From the IMG/VR virus record IMGVR_UViG_3300016466_000630, positions 1-39,938 of that record: DNA of 39,938 nt. One strand, 5' to 3'. The translations under genes were made by a program, and so were the position numbers. Origin of the DNA: a virus. Lineage: Duplodnaviria; Caudoviricetes. Shown here piece by piece: positions 16,467-26,687 of this stretch; within the stretch, counting starts at the first letter, position 1, and the number at the start of each line of letters is the position of its first letter. The notes under the pieces are model-generated. The model did no database searches and had not been told where the DNA came from. It worked only from the letters and a program-made list of their open reading frames with translations.

Positions 16467-18043
16467 AATAGCAGTTTGGTTACCTCATCACGCTTGGCTT
16501 GTGGCATGTCTGATAATAATTTATAGGCGGTTTCATCATTTCCTAGTTGCAAATGGCGGTCAATTGTTTTCGCAATACGTACTGCATCGTTCTTTGCGTA
16601 AAGCTCCTGCCGTAGCATCTCTCGGGGGTCATAGCTGGCAAGCTCGGCTTCTAGCTCCTGTACACGCTGTAAGCTCTTGTTATAGGCTTCTGTAAGGCTT
16701 GCTATCTCTTTATCCCCACCTAGGGCTTGCAACGTGGCCTCTAGTGTGTCCTGCTTGGCCTTTAGGTCGGCTTCAAGCTGGGCTACTTTCTTTTGCAACG
16801 TGGCTTTGTTAGCCCAGTTACCCTCCTTGGCTTTTTTCAGTTGCTCTCCTTGCTTGATTAGTTTTTCTTTCAGATCGGTAATTTCAAGCTGGAGGTTGAC
16901 GTTTTGTTTCTCCACCTCGGGTAAGTCGCTAGCAATAGCGTTTAAAGCGTCCTGTAGTTTTTTGGCCTTGTCGCTGGCTTGCATGTTTTGAGAGAGGGTG
17001 TTTATCTTGTTTTGTGCCGATTTTAGCTTGGCTTGCAAATCTTCAACCTTGGCTTCATTGCCTTTTAGAAGCGTGATTTGTTGCTCAAGCCCTGCTACTA
17101 CCCCTTGTGTGTCTTTTAACGCTTGCTGGGCTTCCTGCACTTGCTGGCGTAGCTTTTCGGCGTTCTCCTTGCCTTTGCTTTCAGCACTGGCTAACTGCTG
17201 TTGCAAGCGGTTGAGTTTGGCTTCTTGCTCTTTCTTCGTTGCGGTTAATGCCTGCACTTGCTTTATCAGCCCTTGTGCCTTGTTGAGGTTGAGGAGCTTT
17301 TGCTTCGCACGCAACGCCGTGGCCTCTTTGCCAAGTTGCACGTCCTTACCCATGGCTTTAGCCAAGTCGAGAACGTCATGCTGAGCTTGGGCTAGCATGA
17401 AAAACATGAGGGGGTCACTATCGGCGGTGATATTGTCTTCCACCGTGGCGGTGGCCTCTTCGTTGGCATCTTTAGCAATGGTGGCTAGGGTATCAGGGTT
17501 AAGGCCGTCTAGGGCGTCTTCTACGGCTTTATTTGTCTCGTTAAAGCTGTTGATGTCACGCTGGGCTTTGATAAGCATGTACTCGGGCAACTGGCGATAC
17601 AACGTACTCATCACTTGCAAGGCTCGGCCTGCTTGCGTGCCTGTCTTCACAAAGGCTTCTAGCCCCTGTGCAAAAGCTTCTTGATTGCCTGCGTGGGCTA
17701 AGGCGTGCATAGCTCCTATCAGTTGCATCTGTTGCGTGTGGTTGGCTTTCATAGCATCGGGTAGGCTGTTGTAGAGGTCAATGATTTCAGTGGGGTTCAT
17801 TGCCCCTGTCATCATGTTTTGCAGTGTTTCAGAGGAGTTAGCTAGCACAATCTCGGTGGTGTTCTGCCGTGGTCGTAAAAAGCCGATACGTTCGGCCTCC
17901 AGTAACTCGGGGGTGATTTCTCCAGCGTCAATCGCATTAGCAAGAATGGCTAACTCCTGCCCTAGCTTGTTGTTTGGGTCTATCTTCCCCCTAAGCGTGT
18001 TAAGTTGCTGGGCTTGGTGCTGTACACATTCAATGTTAGCCAC
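16460..18043 (-). CDS. Coiled-coil internal virion/ejection protein
   Basis: 527 aa, GTG start overlapping the upstream stop; long Ala/Gln/Lys heptad region. Confidence 0.7.
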   Translation of the reverse strand: MANIECVQHQAQQLNTLRGKIDPNNKLGQELAILANAIDAGEITPELLEAERIGFLRPRQNTTEIVLANSSETLQNMMTGAMNPTEIIDLYNSLPDAMKANHTQQMQLIGAMHALAHAGNQEAFAQGLEAFVKTGTQAGRALQVMSTLYRQLPEYMLIKAQRDINSFNETNKAVEDALDGLNPDTLATIAKDANEEATATVEDNITADSDPLMFFMLAQAQHDVLDLAKAMGKDVQLGKEATALRAKQKLLNLNKAQGLIKQVQALTATKKEQEAKLNRLQQQLASAESKGKENAEKLRQQVQEAQQALKDTQGVVAGLEQQITLLKGNEAKVEDLQAKLKSAQNKINTLSQNMQASDKAKKLQDALNAIASDLPEVEKQNVNLQLEITDLKEKLIKQGEQLKKAKEGNWANKATLQKKVAQLEADLKAKQDTLEATLQALGGDKEIASLTEAYNKSLQRVQELEAELASYDPREMLRQELYAKNDAVRIAKTIDRHLQLGNDETAYKLLSDMPQAKRDEVTKLLLC

Positions 18044-21000
18044 AGTTTACCATCCGTTCTATTTGTTGAAATTGTGCGTCTGATAATTTCTCTTTTAGTT
18101 TGAGTATATCAGTTTTACTCATGCCTGCCAACTGGTCGGTTAAAGCGAACACTTCGGCATCTTCTAAAAGCTCTAGCTTGCTTCGGTCGGGTAAGATGCT
18201 CATTTGCTCAGGGTTTCCTTCCTGTTTGGCAAGTTGGTAGTAGTGTTTTAAAAGGTTGGTTAACTGTTTTGGCTTGTTGGCGTACTCCACTATTAGGTCA
18301 AGCACCTTGTTCGCTTCGGGGCTTAAACCATCCCCTAACAGCGATAACTGACGGCGGTAATCCTTAACCGTAATGCCTTTTTCTTTAAGTTCTAGTAGCT
18401 TTTCTACGGCCATACCGATATCGCTTGAGATGTCAAAGTCTTTGTACACCTTGGCTTCTTGTTGGGCTTTGTATTCGGCCACGGTTGGGCTTATTGCGAA
18501 CATCGCTTTCCCTAGGTTGACGCTTTCTTCTTCCGCATTGTCTAGCAACGTTGTTAGGTTGTTAGCGTTCGGGAATGCTTTAACCAACAGGGCGTTTTGA
18601 ATGCGTTTTAAGCCTGTAGCGGTAAGCTGGGATTTCTTATTAACCATGGTTGCGTGTTCGTTGTTAGGCACAACTTCAAGGGTGAATGCTTGCACAAACT
18701 CGCCGTTAAGCCTTCCTTTTTCATCGGGTTGAAGCAAGTTCAGGGTTTCAACAGAGACTTTATCCGCATCGTTTTTAGCCTGCTCTAAGATGCTAAGGCT
18801 GGCAATCGTGGACTCGTTGGCTTTTTTGGTAAACGCTACACGGTCGGTGTCTGTTAACCGTTCACGTACCAAGACAGGCTGTTTCATCCCCTTGATAACT
18901 TCGGGGTCAAGGCCAAACTCGCTAGCGTTGGCTTCAAGGTAGGCTTTGTATTCTTTACCCTTGTCTTTAAATAGCTTATAGGCTTGTCGGATAGCAAGGG
19001 TTCGTCCGTTGCCACTTTCAACAACGTTATCCTTGCCAACAATGGGGCTTCCATCTGTAATGCTTTTCGAGTCTGTTAGCTTTTCAGGAGTCAATGCTTG
19101 GGCGATGTCGTTGATCTGCTCACGAGACGTTGCACGCTCACGGTCACGAGGCTGTAACTCTTGTGGGTAGGCTTTGTTCGGCGTTAGGTCGTCATTGTTC
19201 GAGGTAACTAACTGGCTGGCCTCTACGGCTTTGTAACGCACTTCATAGGCGTTACCGTCATTGTCATACACTTTTGCCGTTTTCGCTTTATCTTTAGGCT
19301 TTCCACCAAGCATCACATCATAGATTTCACGCATGGCTGGGGATAGCTCACGCTCCAGTGGACTACCCTCAATAGCTTTGTAGATGTTAGTTAGCCACGT
19401 TTTGAACTTCTTAAACACGGCTTTTAACCCCTTGGTGGGTGCGTTGCCTTCGGCTAGGTAGGCTTCAAACCCTTCAGCAAACGCTTCAGAGGTGGCTCGG
19501 TTCCACTTCTTTTGGCCTGCGTATTGCAACACGATTTTACGCTCAATGGGGTTTAGCACCGATTCATAAGCGTGGGCTAGCTCGTGCAACGGTGTAGACA
19601 CGTTCGGGTTGGTTAAGGCGTAAATGATGAGTTGTTGGTCTTTTTGCTGGAACGCTCCTAGAGGCTCGGATAAGGCTTGTTGAAAGCGAATATCGGGATT
19701 GTTGGGGTCAAAAGTGCCTTTGTTTCCTATGGCGGATTTGATTTGTGTAGGCTCAAAAACTACATATTGTTGAGCTTGGTATTTTGTTTCCGTTATAGGG
19801 TCTGCTTTTTTTTCTTTAATAATTAGTCCGTCATAACCTTTTTGTTTAAATTGCTCAATAATTTTTTGCATAGGGAAAGAAACTGCTAACTCATCAAGTT
19901 CTCTTTCTGTTATTTTTTTTGGCTTTTTGATAGATAAAAAGACTTCTTTAAGCGTACTCCCATACTTACTAGCTTCATTCTTGTCGCCAGTAAACCAATA
20001 TCCAATCATAGAACGGTCTGCCATTCTATTTATTTCAGGTTTTTTAAATTCATTAAAATCAGTGTTAGTCCCATGATAAACAACCAAAGGTTTTTTGTTT
20101 TCATCTGTAATTTTAGATTTGCCAAACCATTTTTTAAACTCGGGTGTGTTTATTTGATTGCTTTCTCCTTGCTCCTGCTTTAGCTCCTTCCCTTGCAACT
20201 GCTCGGGCGTGGCTTTGGTGAACTCAAACCGTTGTGCTTGTTCCTGTGGCGTGATAGCGTTACGCTCGGCCATAGTGCGGTTGGTTGCTTCATACACCTG
20301 TGCTACTGCATCGGCTTGTTCATCATTCAAGCCGAACGTTTGTTGTATCGCCCTTTTAAAGCCTTGCGTTGTTTCGTCCTTGGGTCTTTGTACTTGCGGA
20401 GCATTAAGGCGTGCTGGTGGCGTTTTTGGCTCGGGATTCGGGGCTATTTGTTGCCCCTGTAATGCCTCTGTTTGTTGAGGGGGTAGTGTAGAGGTGGGGG
20501 CAATTTGTGGCAATTCGGCGGTTTGTTGATTTTGGGGTATTTGCTGTTGCGAAAGTTGCAACAACTGCGAGAGTATCGCTTGTTGTTGCTCCATAGGCAA
20601 GGCTTGCAACTGTTGAATCAGTTGCTGTTGAGGGTCGACTGTTTGGGGTAGCTGTGGTACTTCTTGTGTTTGCTGTTGAGACACGTCACCAATGACTGGT
20701 GGAATAGAAGTGCTAGGGTTGCCTTGTGGTACGGTAACACTTTGTGGTTCAAGCAGAGTCGCTTGTGTGGGTTGCAAAGCGGTTGCAATGCTTTCCATGG
20801 CGTTAGGGATAGAAGCTAACGCATTGAGTGCCGTGCTAGGTGCTTGCCCCTGTGGTAAGGTAGGCGTGGCTGTTTCAATCGGGGCTTCTTGTAATGCTGT
20901 AACACCCCCTTGATAAATGCGTGTCTTGGGGTCAACCAAGGCGTTCCCCATCTCTTGCCCTTCTTGAAACTGTAGTTGCCCCCCATGCGTGGCATTATAC

Positions 21001-22064
21001 ATGCTACTGGCTTGATTTACGGCCATGGTGGCTATGTCATCGCCGTACCGTTGGCGTAGCTCATTGTAGATAGCATTCGATTCGGGCGAATCCCCTAGTT
21101 GTGCAAGTTGCTCTACGGCCGTTCCTAGAATAGCCGTTTCTTGTTCAGGGGTGTAGTTTTCGGGTGTGCGGATGTTACGGCCAAAACGCCCCATAAGTGC
21201 CTTTGCAAAAGCCATCCCTGCACCTACACCAACCCCTCCAGCAAAGGATTCTCCTGTGCCTTCAAGGGCATTGTCGTTATAGCGGTTGGTGATGTTACCA
21301 GCAATTTGGCTTAATGCTTCCTGTCCACCTTCCGCAAGGATTTCTTGAGGTACAGAAAGATTTTTAAACGGCTTCAAATGCTGAAATGGCAAGGCATCAA
21401 ACGTGCCTTGAGCTATAGCAGAATTAGGGTCGATATTCGGTTGTTTTCCTTGATATACGGCTTGCTTTTGAGCTTGAATATTTTGAAAGGCAGAATCTCC
21501 CCCACTTGCAAGGCTACTTGCTGTAATAGCTCCACCTGGACCCCCTACAAGTTGTCCTAGCGCCCCTGCTGGGAAGCTAACGCCTGCTCCTCGTAAGGCA
21601 CTACCTAAAGCTCCAGCCCAAAAGTTAGCAGTGGCATCGCCCCCTAGTTGCTGTTGGGCGGTGGGGTTTACACCTAGCACCCCTGTTTTTAAAGCGGATA
21701 AAGCGTTTGCTACAGGGTTTTGCGTTTTAGGTTGCGTGTTGAGTTGATAGGTTTCAGGGCTGATAAGTGGAACCCCTTTTTGCTCTGCACGCTTTGCTAA
21801 TTCTGTACGCCCATAATTGTAATAAAGGGCTTCTTGCTGTTTATAAAATTCAGCAATTTGAGCTTTGGTTGGAGGTAATTTGTATTGAGATTGAGCTTGA
21901 TAGTTCTTAACAAACTTGGAAATGTCTTTAAGTGCATACGTTTGAGCTAGTTTTTTAACACGATTTTCAACGTAGTTTGTGGTGGCGTAGCGTTGATGTA
22001 AAGGGTCTGGAAAGAGTTCTTTTCCCCCTTGTACCACTTGGTCTAAATTGAACTCTTGAGCCAT
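18036..22064 (-). CDS. Large polyvalent ejection protein with ART-PolyVal-like, zincin-like and ddrB/ParB-like domains
   Basis: FKKWFGKSK..PLVVYHGT...GYDG...VVFEPTQIKSAIGN.GTFD; LHELAHA...EAFAEGFE; YPQELQPRDR...GSPIV...VESGNGRTLAI; Gly/Ala-rich membrane-type N-terminus. Confidence 0.8.
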   Translation of the reverse strand: MAQEFNLDQVVQGGKELFPDPLHQRYATTNYVENRVKKLAQTYALKDISKFVKNYQAQSQYKLPPTKAQIAEFYKQQEALYYNYGRTELAKRAEQKGVPLISPETYQLNTQPKTQNPVANALSALKTGVLGVNPTAQQQLGGDATANFWAGALGSALRGAGVSFPAGALGQLVGGPGGAITASSLASGGDSAFQNIQAQKQAVYQGKQPNIDPNSAIAQGTFDALPFQHLKPFKNLSVPQEILAEGGQEALSQIAGNITNRYNDNALEGTGESFAGGVGVGAGMAFAKALMGRFGRNIRTPENYTPEQETAILGTAVEQLAQLGDSPESNAIYNELRQRYGDDIATMAVNQASSMYNATHGGQLQFQEGQEMGNALVDPKTRIYQGGVTALQEAPIETATPTLPQGQAPSTALNALASIPNAMESIATALQPTQATLLEPQSVTVPQGNPSTSIPPVIGDVSQQQTQEVPQLPQTVDPQQQLIQQLQALPMEQQQAILSQLLQLSQQQIPQNQQTAELPQIAPTSTLPPQQTEALQGQQIAPNPEPKTPPARLNAPQVQRPKDETTQGFKRAIQQTFGLNDEQADAVAQVYEATNRTMAERNAITPQEQAQRFEFTKATPEQLQGKELKQEQGESNQINTPEFKKWFGKSKITDENKKPLVVYHGTNTDFNEFKKPEINRMADRSMIGYWFTGDKNEASKYGSTLKEVFLSIKKPKKITERELDELAVSFPMQKIIEQFKQKGYDGLIIKEKKADPITETKYQAQQYVVFEPTQIKSAIGNKGTFDPNNPDIRFQQALSEPLGAFQQKDQQLIIYALTNPNVSTPLHELAHAYESVLNPIERKIVLQYAGQKKWNRATSEAFAEGFEAYLAEGNAPTKGLKAVFKKFKTWLTNIYKAIEGSPLERELSPAMREIYDVMLGGKPKDKAKTAKVYDNDGNAYEVRYKAVEASQLVTSNNDDLTPNKAYPQELQPRDRERATSREQINDIAQALTPEKLTDSKSITDGSPIVGKDNVVESGNGRTLAIRQAYKLFKDKGKEYKAYLEANASEFGLDPEVIKGMKQPVLVRERLTDTDRVAFTKKANESTIASLSILEQAKNDADKVSVETLNLLQPDEKGRLNGEFVQAFTLEVVPNNEHATMVNKKSQLTATGLKRIQNALLVKAFPNANNLTTLLDNAEEESVNLGKAMFAISPTVAEYKAQQEAKVYKDFDISSDIGMAVEKLLELKEKGITVKDYRRQLSLLGDGLSPEANKVLDLIVEYANKPKQLTNLLKHYYQLAKQEGNPEQMSILPDRSKLELLEDAEVFALTDQLAGMSKTDILKLKEKLSDAQFQQIERMVNCG

Positions 22065-22067
22065 GGT

Positions 22068-23126
22068 CTAGCCTTTCTGTAACTCTCTAAAAAACTTTGC
22101 ATCCATCCCTTGTGTTTTGGCACCTAAAACCGATTGTTTTTGCTTGGAGGGAATGCTTCCTGTAGGTTTAGGCGGTGGAGTGTTGATGGTAGGGATAGGT
22201 CTAGGGTTTACCACTGAATCATTTAACAGCGTTTGGAACTGTGCCTCTTCTGCATCTGTTCGTTTTATGAGATTGCTAAGTGCTTGGAGTTTTGCCCGTT
22301 TTTCGGCTACAGAGAGGCGTTGTAGCTCTTGTTTTGCTTCTTGCTGTAGCTTCTGTTTTGCAATGGATAATTGAGCCCCTGTGCTACGTTTGTTATTTTT
22401 TTCGCTTGTGGCGGTCGTCATTTGGGTGCGTTTGGTGGCTCCTGCTTCATTTATGAGGGCACGTTCTTTTGCGGCTTCGTCTTGCATAGCTCTACGTTTA
22501 GTTTGCTGTGATTCGCTAAAGCCAAGCGAGTAGAGTTTTTCAATCAAGTTGGGGTCTGTACCCATTGGTGCGTCTTCAATGTAGCTAACATTGCCACTAT
22601 TGCCCCCTGCTCCCATTCCTTGCTTGTAAATGCCAGGGGCGTTTTTAATTGCCCAATTAGAGATTTGGCGTGCTGTGTCATCTTTAATATTTTGTGTCAT
22701 TTGCGAGGGTACGCCTAGAGTGCTTAACGCCTTTAAGGCTTCAAGATTAGAAATGTCTTGTCCTCTAAAGCCTTTAACACCATACGTTGTATTGGCAATG
22801 TTGGCTAGGCGTGCATTATCAAGCATCCCCACTTGTTGGTTTAACATGCCTAAATCCATGTTCACCATTTCAGGGGTTTGTCCGAAAAACATTTTTTTAA
22901 ACAGTTCGCCAGTTGTTGCTTGAGGCTGATTGGCAATACTTTGAAGCTGTTGAGCAACCATCGGGTCTTTCGCATAATCAGGGTTTTGCTTGAGAAACGA
23001 GGCAAGCTGTCCTAGCCCTTGCATCCGCTGTAGTTTGGCTTGTTGTACTTGTTGAAAGTCTTCTGCTACTTTACCGCCTACCAAGCCTACAAGGCTTGCT
23101 AAGGCGTTTACGGTTCCTTGTTCCAT
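22068..23126 (-). CDS. Probable DNA ejection/internal virion protein
   Basis: Gln/Ala-rich helical 352 aa, position after tail genes. Confidence 0.6.
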   Translation of the reverse strand: MEQGTVNALASLVGLVGGKVAEDFQQVQQAKLQRMQGLGQLASFLKQNPDYAKDPMVAQQLQSIANQPQATTGELFKKMFFGQTPEMVNMDLGMLNQQVGMLDNARLANIANTTYGVKGFRGQDISNLEALKALSTLGVPSQMTQNIKDDTARQISNWAIKNAPGIYKQGMGAGGNSGNVSYIEDAPMGTDPNLIEKLYSLGFSESQQTKRRAMQDEAAKERALINEAGATKRTQMTTATSEKNNKRSTGAQLSIAKQKLQQEAKQELQRLSVAEKRAKLQALSNLIKRTDAEEAQFQTLLNDSVVNPRPIPTINTPPPKPTGSIPSKQKQSVLGAKTQGMDAKFFRELQKG

Positions 23127-23127
23127 G

Positions 23128-23577
23128 TTATTGTCCTCCGATTGTAGGAATGCGTCTAGCTAAGGCATTGCCAGCAAGGCCACCAAGCAACATAGCATCA
23201 GGATTGCCACGAGTGGCTAACCCCATCGCTCCAGCGGTTAATCCTGCGGTTAATAGAGGGTGTCGCTTCATCCATTGCTTGCCCTTGCCTAGCTTTTGCC
23301 CTAACACTTGGCTCCAGTCGTATTCAGGGGTAACGGCTAGCGGTTGCATGGTGTTGCTTGGTTGCATCAAAGGTTGCATCTCGTAGTTCCCTTGATGAAG
23401 CGGTTGAGTTGGGGTCTGTGGCATTGCAAGCGTTGGTAACTGTGGATAGGCATTATGCACCATTTGCTCGTTGTTGGTTCCGCCTTTTTGCTTCATTGCT
23501 CCTGCAACAGAACCTGCGGTTCCTGCAATTTTTGCCCCTTTGATTAATGTTGGTAGAATAGCCGCCCATGCAATCAT
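23128..23577 (-). CDS. Probable ejection (pilot-like) protein
   Basis: Gly/Ala-rich hydrophobic ends; position in the operon. Confidence 0.55.
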   Translation of the reverse strand: MIAWAAILPTLIKGAKIAGTAGSVAGAMKQKGGTNNEQMVHNAYPQLPTLAMPQTPTQPLHQGNYEMQPLMQPSNTMQPLAVTPEYDWSQVLGQKLGKGKQWMKRHPLLTAGLTAGAMGLATRGNPDAMLLGGLAGNALARRIPTIGGQ

Positions 23578-23590
23578 GTGTGTGACTCCT

Positions 23591-24409
23591 TTATTTTTTC
23601 ATTCCTGCAAACGCATTTACCGCACTGCTAAGTGCCTGCCCCCAGTCGATACCTTTCGGTTGCTCGATTGGGGTAGCCCATCCTGCTCGACGCATAGCGT
23701 CTTGATACCCTGGGCTAGAACGCATTGTTTGTAAGCCTTGGGCGTGGCCTTGGCTTGCCATAGCGATGCGTTGGGCTACGTTAGCCATATCTTGCGTGAT
23801 AGGCACGTTGTACGTCTGTAAGGCTTGCAAGATTGGGTTCATCTCGTTTTGTACTACCTGCCCACGGTTGAGAATCGCATCACGGCTGATGCGTGCAAGG
23901 GCTGGGGTTAGCACATCTTGGTTCATTTTAGTAAATTGCTGTGCAAAGTTACTGTTATTAAACGAGCCAAAACGGTTGCCTATTTGGTTTTGGAAGTTTT
24001 GCACCATGGGGTTCCATTGCCCCATGAAGTCTTCGGTTGCTTGGTCTCTATACGCCTGTTCTGCACGGTCTCCTGCGGTGGCTGGGTCAAACTCGTTCAA
24101 GGCTTCTAAGTTGCTGAGGTAGCCTTGATTGGCTAGCTCTAAAATGCGTTTTTCGTTATCACTTCGGCGTGCATTGATACGAAACGCACCGTTTTCAAAG
24201 CCTGCATCGGCCAAGGCTTCACCGTCTACGCCTGCACCAAAATTATAGTTATTTTCCATGCCTAACACTTGGTTTTGTGCTTCGGCTCTAGCCCTAGCCG
24301 CTGCTGCTTTTTTACGTTTACGGCGTGCAAAAAAGGAACCAATAGGCCCCAGTGGGTTAGTGAGTATGTTGGTTGAGCGAGTATTATATGCCCATTTACT
24401 TTGAACCAT
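23591..24409 (-). CDS. Probable ejection (pilot-like) protein
   Basis: Gln/Asn/Ala-rich 272 aa directly after the tail nozzle gene. Confidence 0.6.
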   Translation of the reverse strand: MVQSKWAYNTRSTNILTNPLGPIGSFFARRKRKKAAAARARAEAQNQVLGMENNYNFGAGVDGEALADAGFENGAFRINARRSDNEKRILELANQGYLSNLEALNEFDPATAGDRAEQAYRDQATEDFMGQWNPMVQNFQNQIGNRFGSFNNSNFAQQFTKMNQDVLTPALARISRDAILNRGQVVQNEMNPILQALQTYNVPITQDMANVAQRIAMASQGHAQGLQTMRSSPGYQDAMRRAGWATPIEQPKGIDWGQALSSAVNAFAGMKK

Positions 24410-25944
24410 TATTTATTGTCTCCTTTGCTGACTTCAAAGCCAAGCGAGAGTAAGCGAAAATCCGTAATAGGCGTACTGCACACCAGTTCTACTTTAAGTG
24501 TTTTAAAACGAAATTGCAACGGAAACCGATGCTCTAGCGTACTTTGCGTGGAGTAGATGGTCGTGTCATAAATAGCTGTGCCATAGGTGCTATTTTGACT
24601 ATTGGCTGTAAAGTTACGGCTTTCGACAATCTCACTATTGTTATCCACATAGAAGTTTAGCGTAAAATCAGTAGAAGTCCCTGCTTGAAAGCGAAAAAAC
24701 AGATGATTGATTTTTTTAAAAGCGTATTTATCGCCAAAATCTAAATAGCCTGTTGCCATTTTTTTAATGAAAGGGGTTGCATCTTCAAGGCTAAACGTAG
24801 CTCCATCTCGGTAGATTTGCCCACTTGCTGGGTTGCTGGTGCGTCCGTCTGTAATGTACATTGAGCCATGGGCGTAACACGCCATTGAAAACGGTACGGT
24901 TTTTTTATATTCCCATGTAGCGTTATCAAAGTTAAAAATAAATTGACCTCGGTAGGTGGTTTCGTTGTCCATGCGAGGAGCAAAGACTAATTCGTTTCTA
25001 GCTGGGTTGGAGATGAGCAAGGCTTGAGACACGTTGGTGATGTTGCCGTAAGGGTTTGAGATATTTTGAAAGATAGGGCGAATGTTACGTGATAGTTCCG
25101 TGTCACGCTCCCATAGGATTTTACCAAACTCGTTGACGCTTAACGCATAAATACCACGGCTAGACACATACCACGAACCACGGTTTGCGTTGGCTGTTCC
25201 TAGGCGTGCCTGACACGATTGAGGGGCTTCTATTGGTGTAATCTGATAGTTATCAGGCTCGTCCCCTGTAAGGAGCTTCACGCCGTTGCTAGCACTGTGA
25301 AAGGCCGTCACTTCACCGTAGTTTTGCACGGCTCGAATATCGGTAAAGTCGCCAAATGCCCCTGATAAATTAAACGCATCGTTGGGATGTGTCCAGTTAT
25401 TGGGGTTGCCTAACGCACTGATATAAATGTTGTTTTTAACAGTCACAACAACACGCAAGCTATTGTGAATTGCAATGCGGTTCGGTTGGCCTATAGAGGC
25501 ATTGCTCCAGTCGGGGTGGGGCGTTGTCACTGATGCGTAAGTGGTAGGGGTGCAGGTAAAGGGTACATTGACCCCATTAACGCCTACGATAACGTTAGCG
25601 AATTGCTTAAACAAGCAAGGGGCGGTGATACCTGTGGCGACTGGGGTAGGCTCGGCTCCTCCGTTAATTGAAATGAAACGGATAGCTCCGCTAGCCTTTT
25701 GATACACAATCATGTTTTCGGATTCAGACGAATATTCCGCCATGGCAATAACGGGCGTAGTGTCTGATACCGTAGAAAGCAAGCTAAGAATCCCCTGGTG
25801 GCTTGTTAGCCCCCCTGATTGGTAAGAAGTGAGGTTTTCTAGGTAGGAAAACTCCGTGTTGGTTGTCCCTGTGTTAATCAAGGTATCCACTTGACGGATG
25901 TTTAAGCCCCCTGTAAGTTGGTTAAAATCAATCGTTTGCGTCAT
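24409..25944 (-). CDS. Tail nozzle / stabilisation protein (P22 gp10 / tubular protein B-like)
   Basis: N-terminal GGLN motif, beta-propeller-like sequence, C-terminal TGYLDFGD..FKKI motif; 511 aa. Confidence 0.75.
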   Translation of the reverse strand: MTQTIDFNQLTGGLNIRQVDTLINTGTTNTEFSYLENLTSYQSGGLTSHQGILSLLSTVSDTTPVIAMAEYSSESENMIVYQKASGAIRFISINGGAEPTPVATGITAPCLFKQFANVIVGVNGVNVPFTCTPTTYASVTTPHPDWSNASIGQPNRIAIHNSLRVVVTVKNNIYISALGNPNNWTHPNDAFNLSGAFGDFTDIRAVQNYGEVTAFHSASNGVKLLTGDEPDNYQITPIEAPQSCQARLGTANANRGSWYVSSRGIYALSVNEFGKILWERDTELSRNIRPIFQNISNPYGNITNVSQALLISNPARNELVFAPRMDNETTYRGQFIFNFDNATWEYKKTVPFSMACYAHGSMYITDGRTSNPASGQIYRDGATFSLEDATPFIKKMATGYLDFGDKYAFKKINHLFFRFQAGTSTDFTLNFYVDNNSEIVESRNFTANSQNSTYGTAIYDTTIYSTQSTLEHRFPLQFRFKTLKVELVCSTPITDFRLLSLGFEVSKGDNK

Positions 25945-26687
25945 TGGTAGATGGTTCCAAAAGGCCAGTTGCTGTGGCGTTCACGCTCCTGATAGTGCGG
26001 TACAATTTGCGTTACAGTATCACGGCCAGCAGGTTGCATAAAGGAAAGCAAGCCTTTCAACTCTTGATCGGCAAGCTGTAGCAATGAAACGTACTTTGCA
26101 TCACCAGCATTCATGGAGCGATAGGTTAAGGCCGATGCTTGCAAGATAACGTAACGCTTCCAGCGGTCGGGTAGCACCATGGTATCGGTGGCTTGCGTCA
26201 ATTCAGTAAGTTTGGTGTTGTTTGTGTTTTGGCCGATGTATTGCTGATAATAGCGAACAGTACAAACATAGGCTTTATTAGGCGTGTGAGATAGCACAAA
26301 CTGATTGCCTTCGATTGTGTAGTGTGTTGGCTCTCCACTGCCTAAATCAATTCCCCAGGTGTCTAGGGTTGTGTAGTCAATGTACCCTAGTGGTTTATCT
26401 GTACCTTGTAGGTAATAAGCATTAGACGCTACGCTTGCAAGTTCAAAGCACGGTAAGTTAATTTCAGCTTCGGTGTACCGTTGCTTCCCTTGGGTGATAT
26501 TGAACGTGGCTTTCGTCATCATAAAAAATAGCCGATATGACGTGATTAAATGCGTCAACGTGGCGTTAATGTTGGCTAAGGCTTGTGTTTGCTCGGGGTT
26601 GGGATTGCTTGGAAAAGAGGAGGGTGCTTGTAATGCACCCTCCCTAGCGACACCCATAAGCAGTTCGTTAAGGGTGACGGCCATCAT
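25941..26687 (-). CDS. Head-tail adaptor (tubular protein A-like)
   Basis: T...I.QG..RY, GEPTHY, TP...Y...VRYY, LPDRW pattern; precedes the nozzle gene. Confidence 0.7.
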   Translation of the reverse strand: MMAVTLNELLMGVAREGALQAPSSFPSNPNPEQTQALANINATLTHLITSYRLFFMMTKATFNITQGKQRYTEAEINLPCFELASVASNAYYLQGTDKPLGYIDYTTLDTWGIDLGSGEPTHYTIEGNQFVLSHTPNKAYVCTVRYYQQYIGQNTNNTKLTELTQATDTMVLPDRWKRYVILQASALTYRSMNAGDAKYVSLLQLADQELKGLLSFMQPAGRDTVTQIVPHYQERERHSNWPFGTIYQ

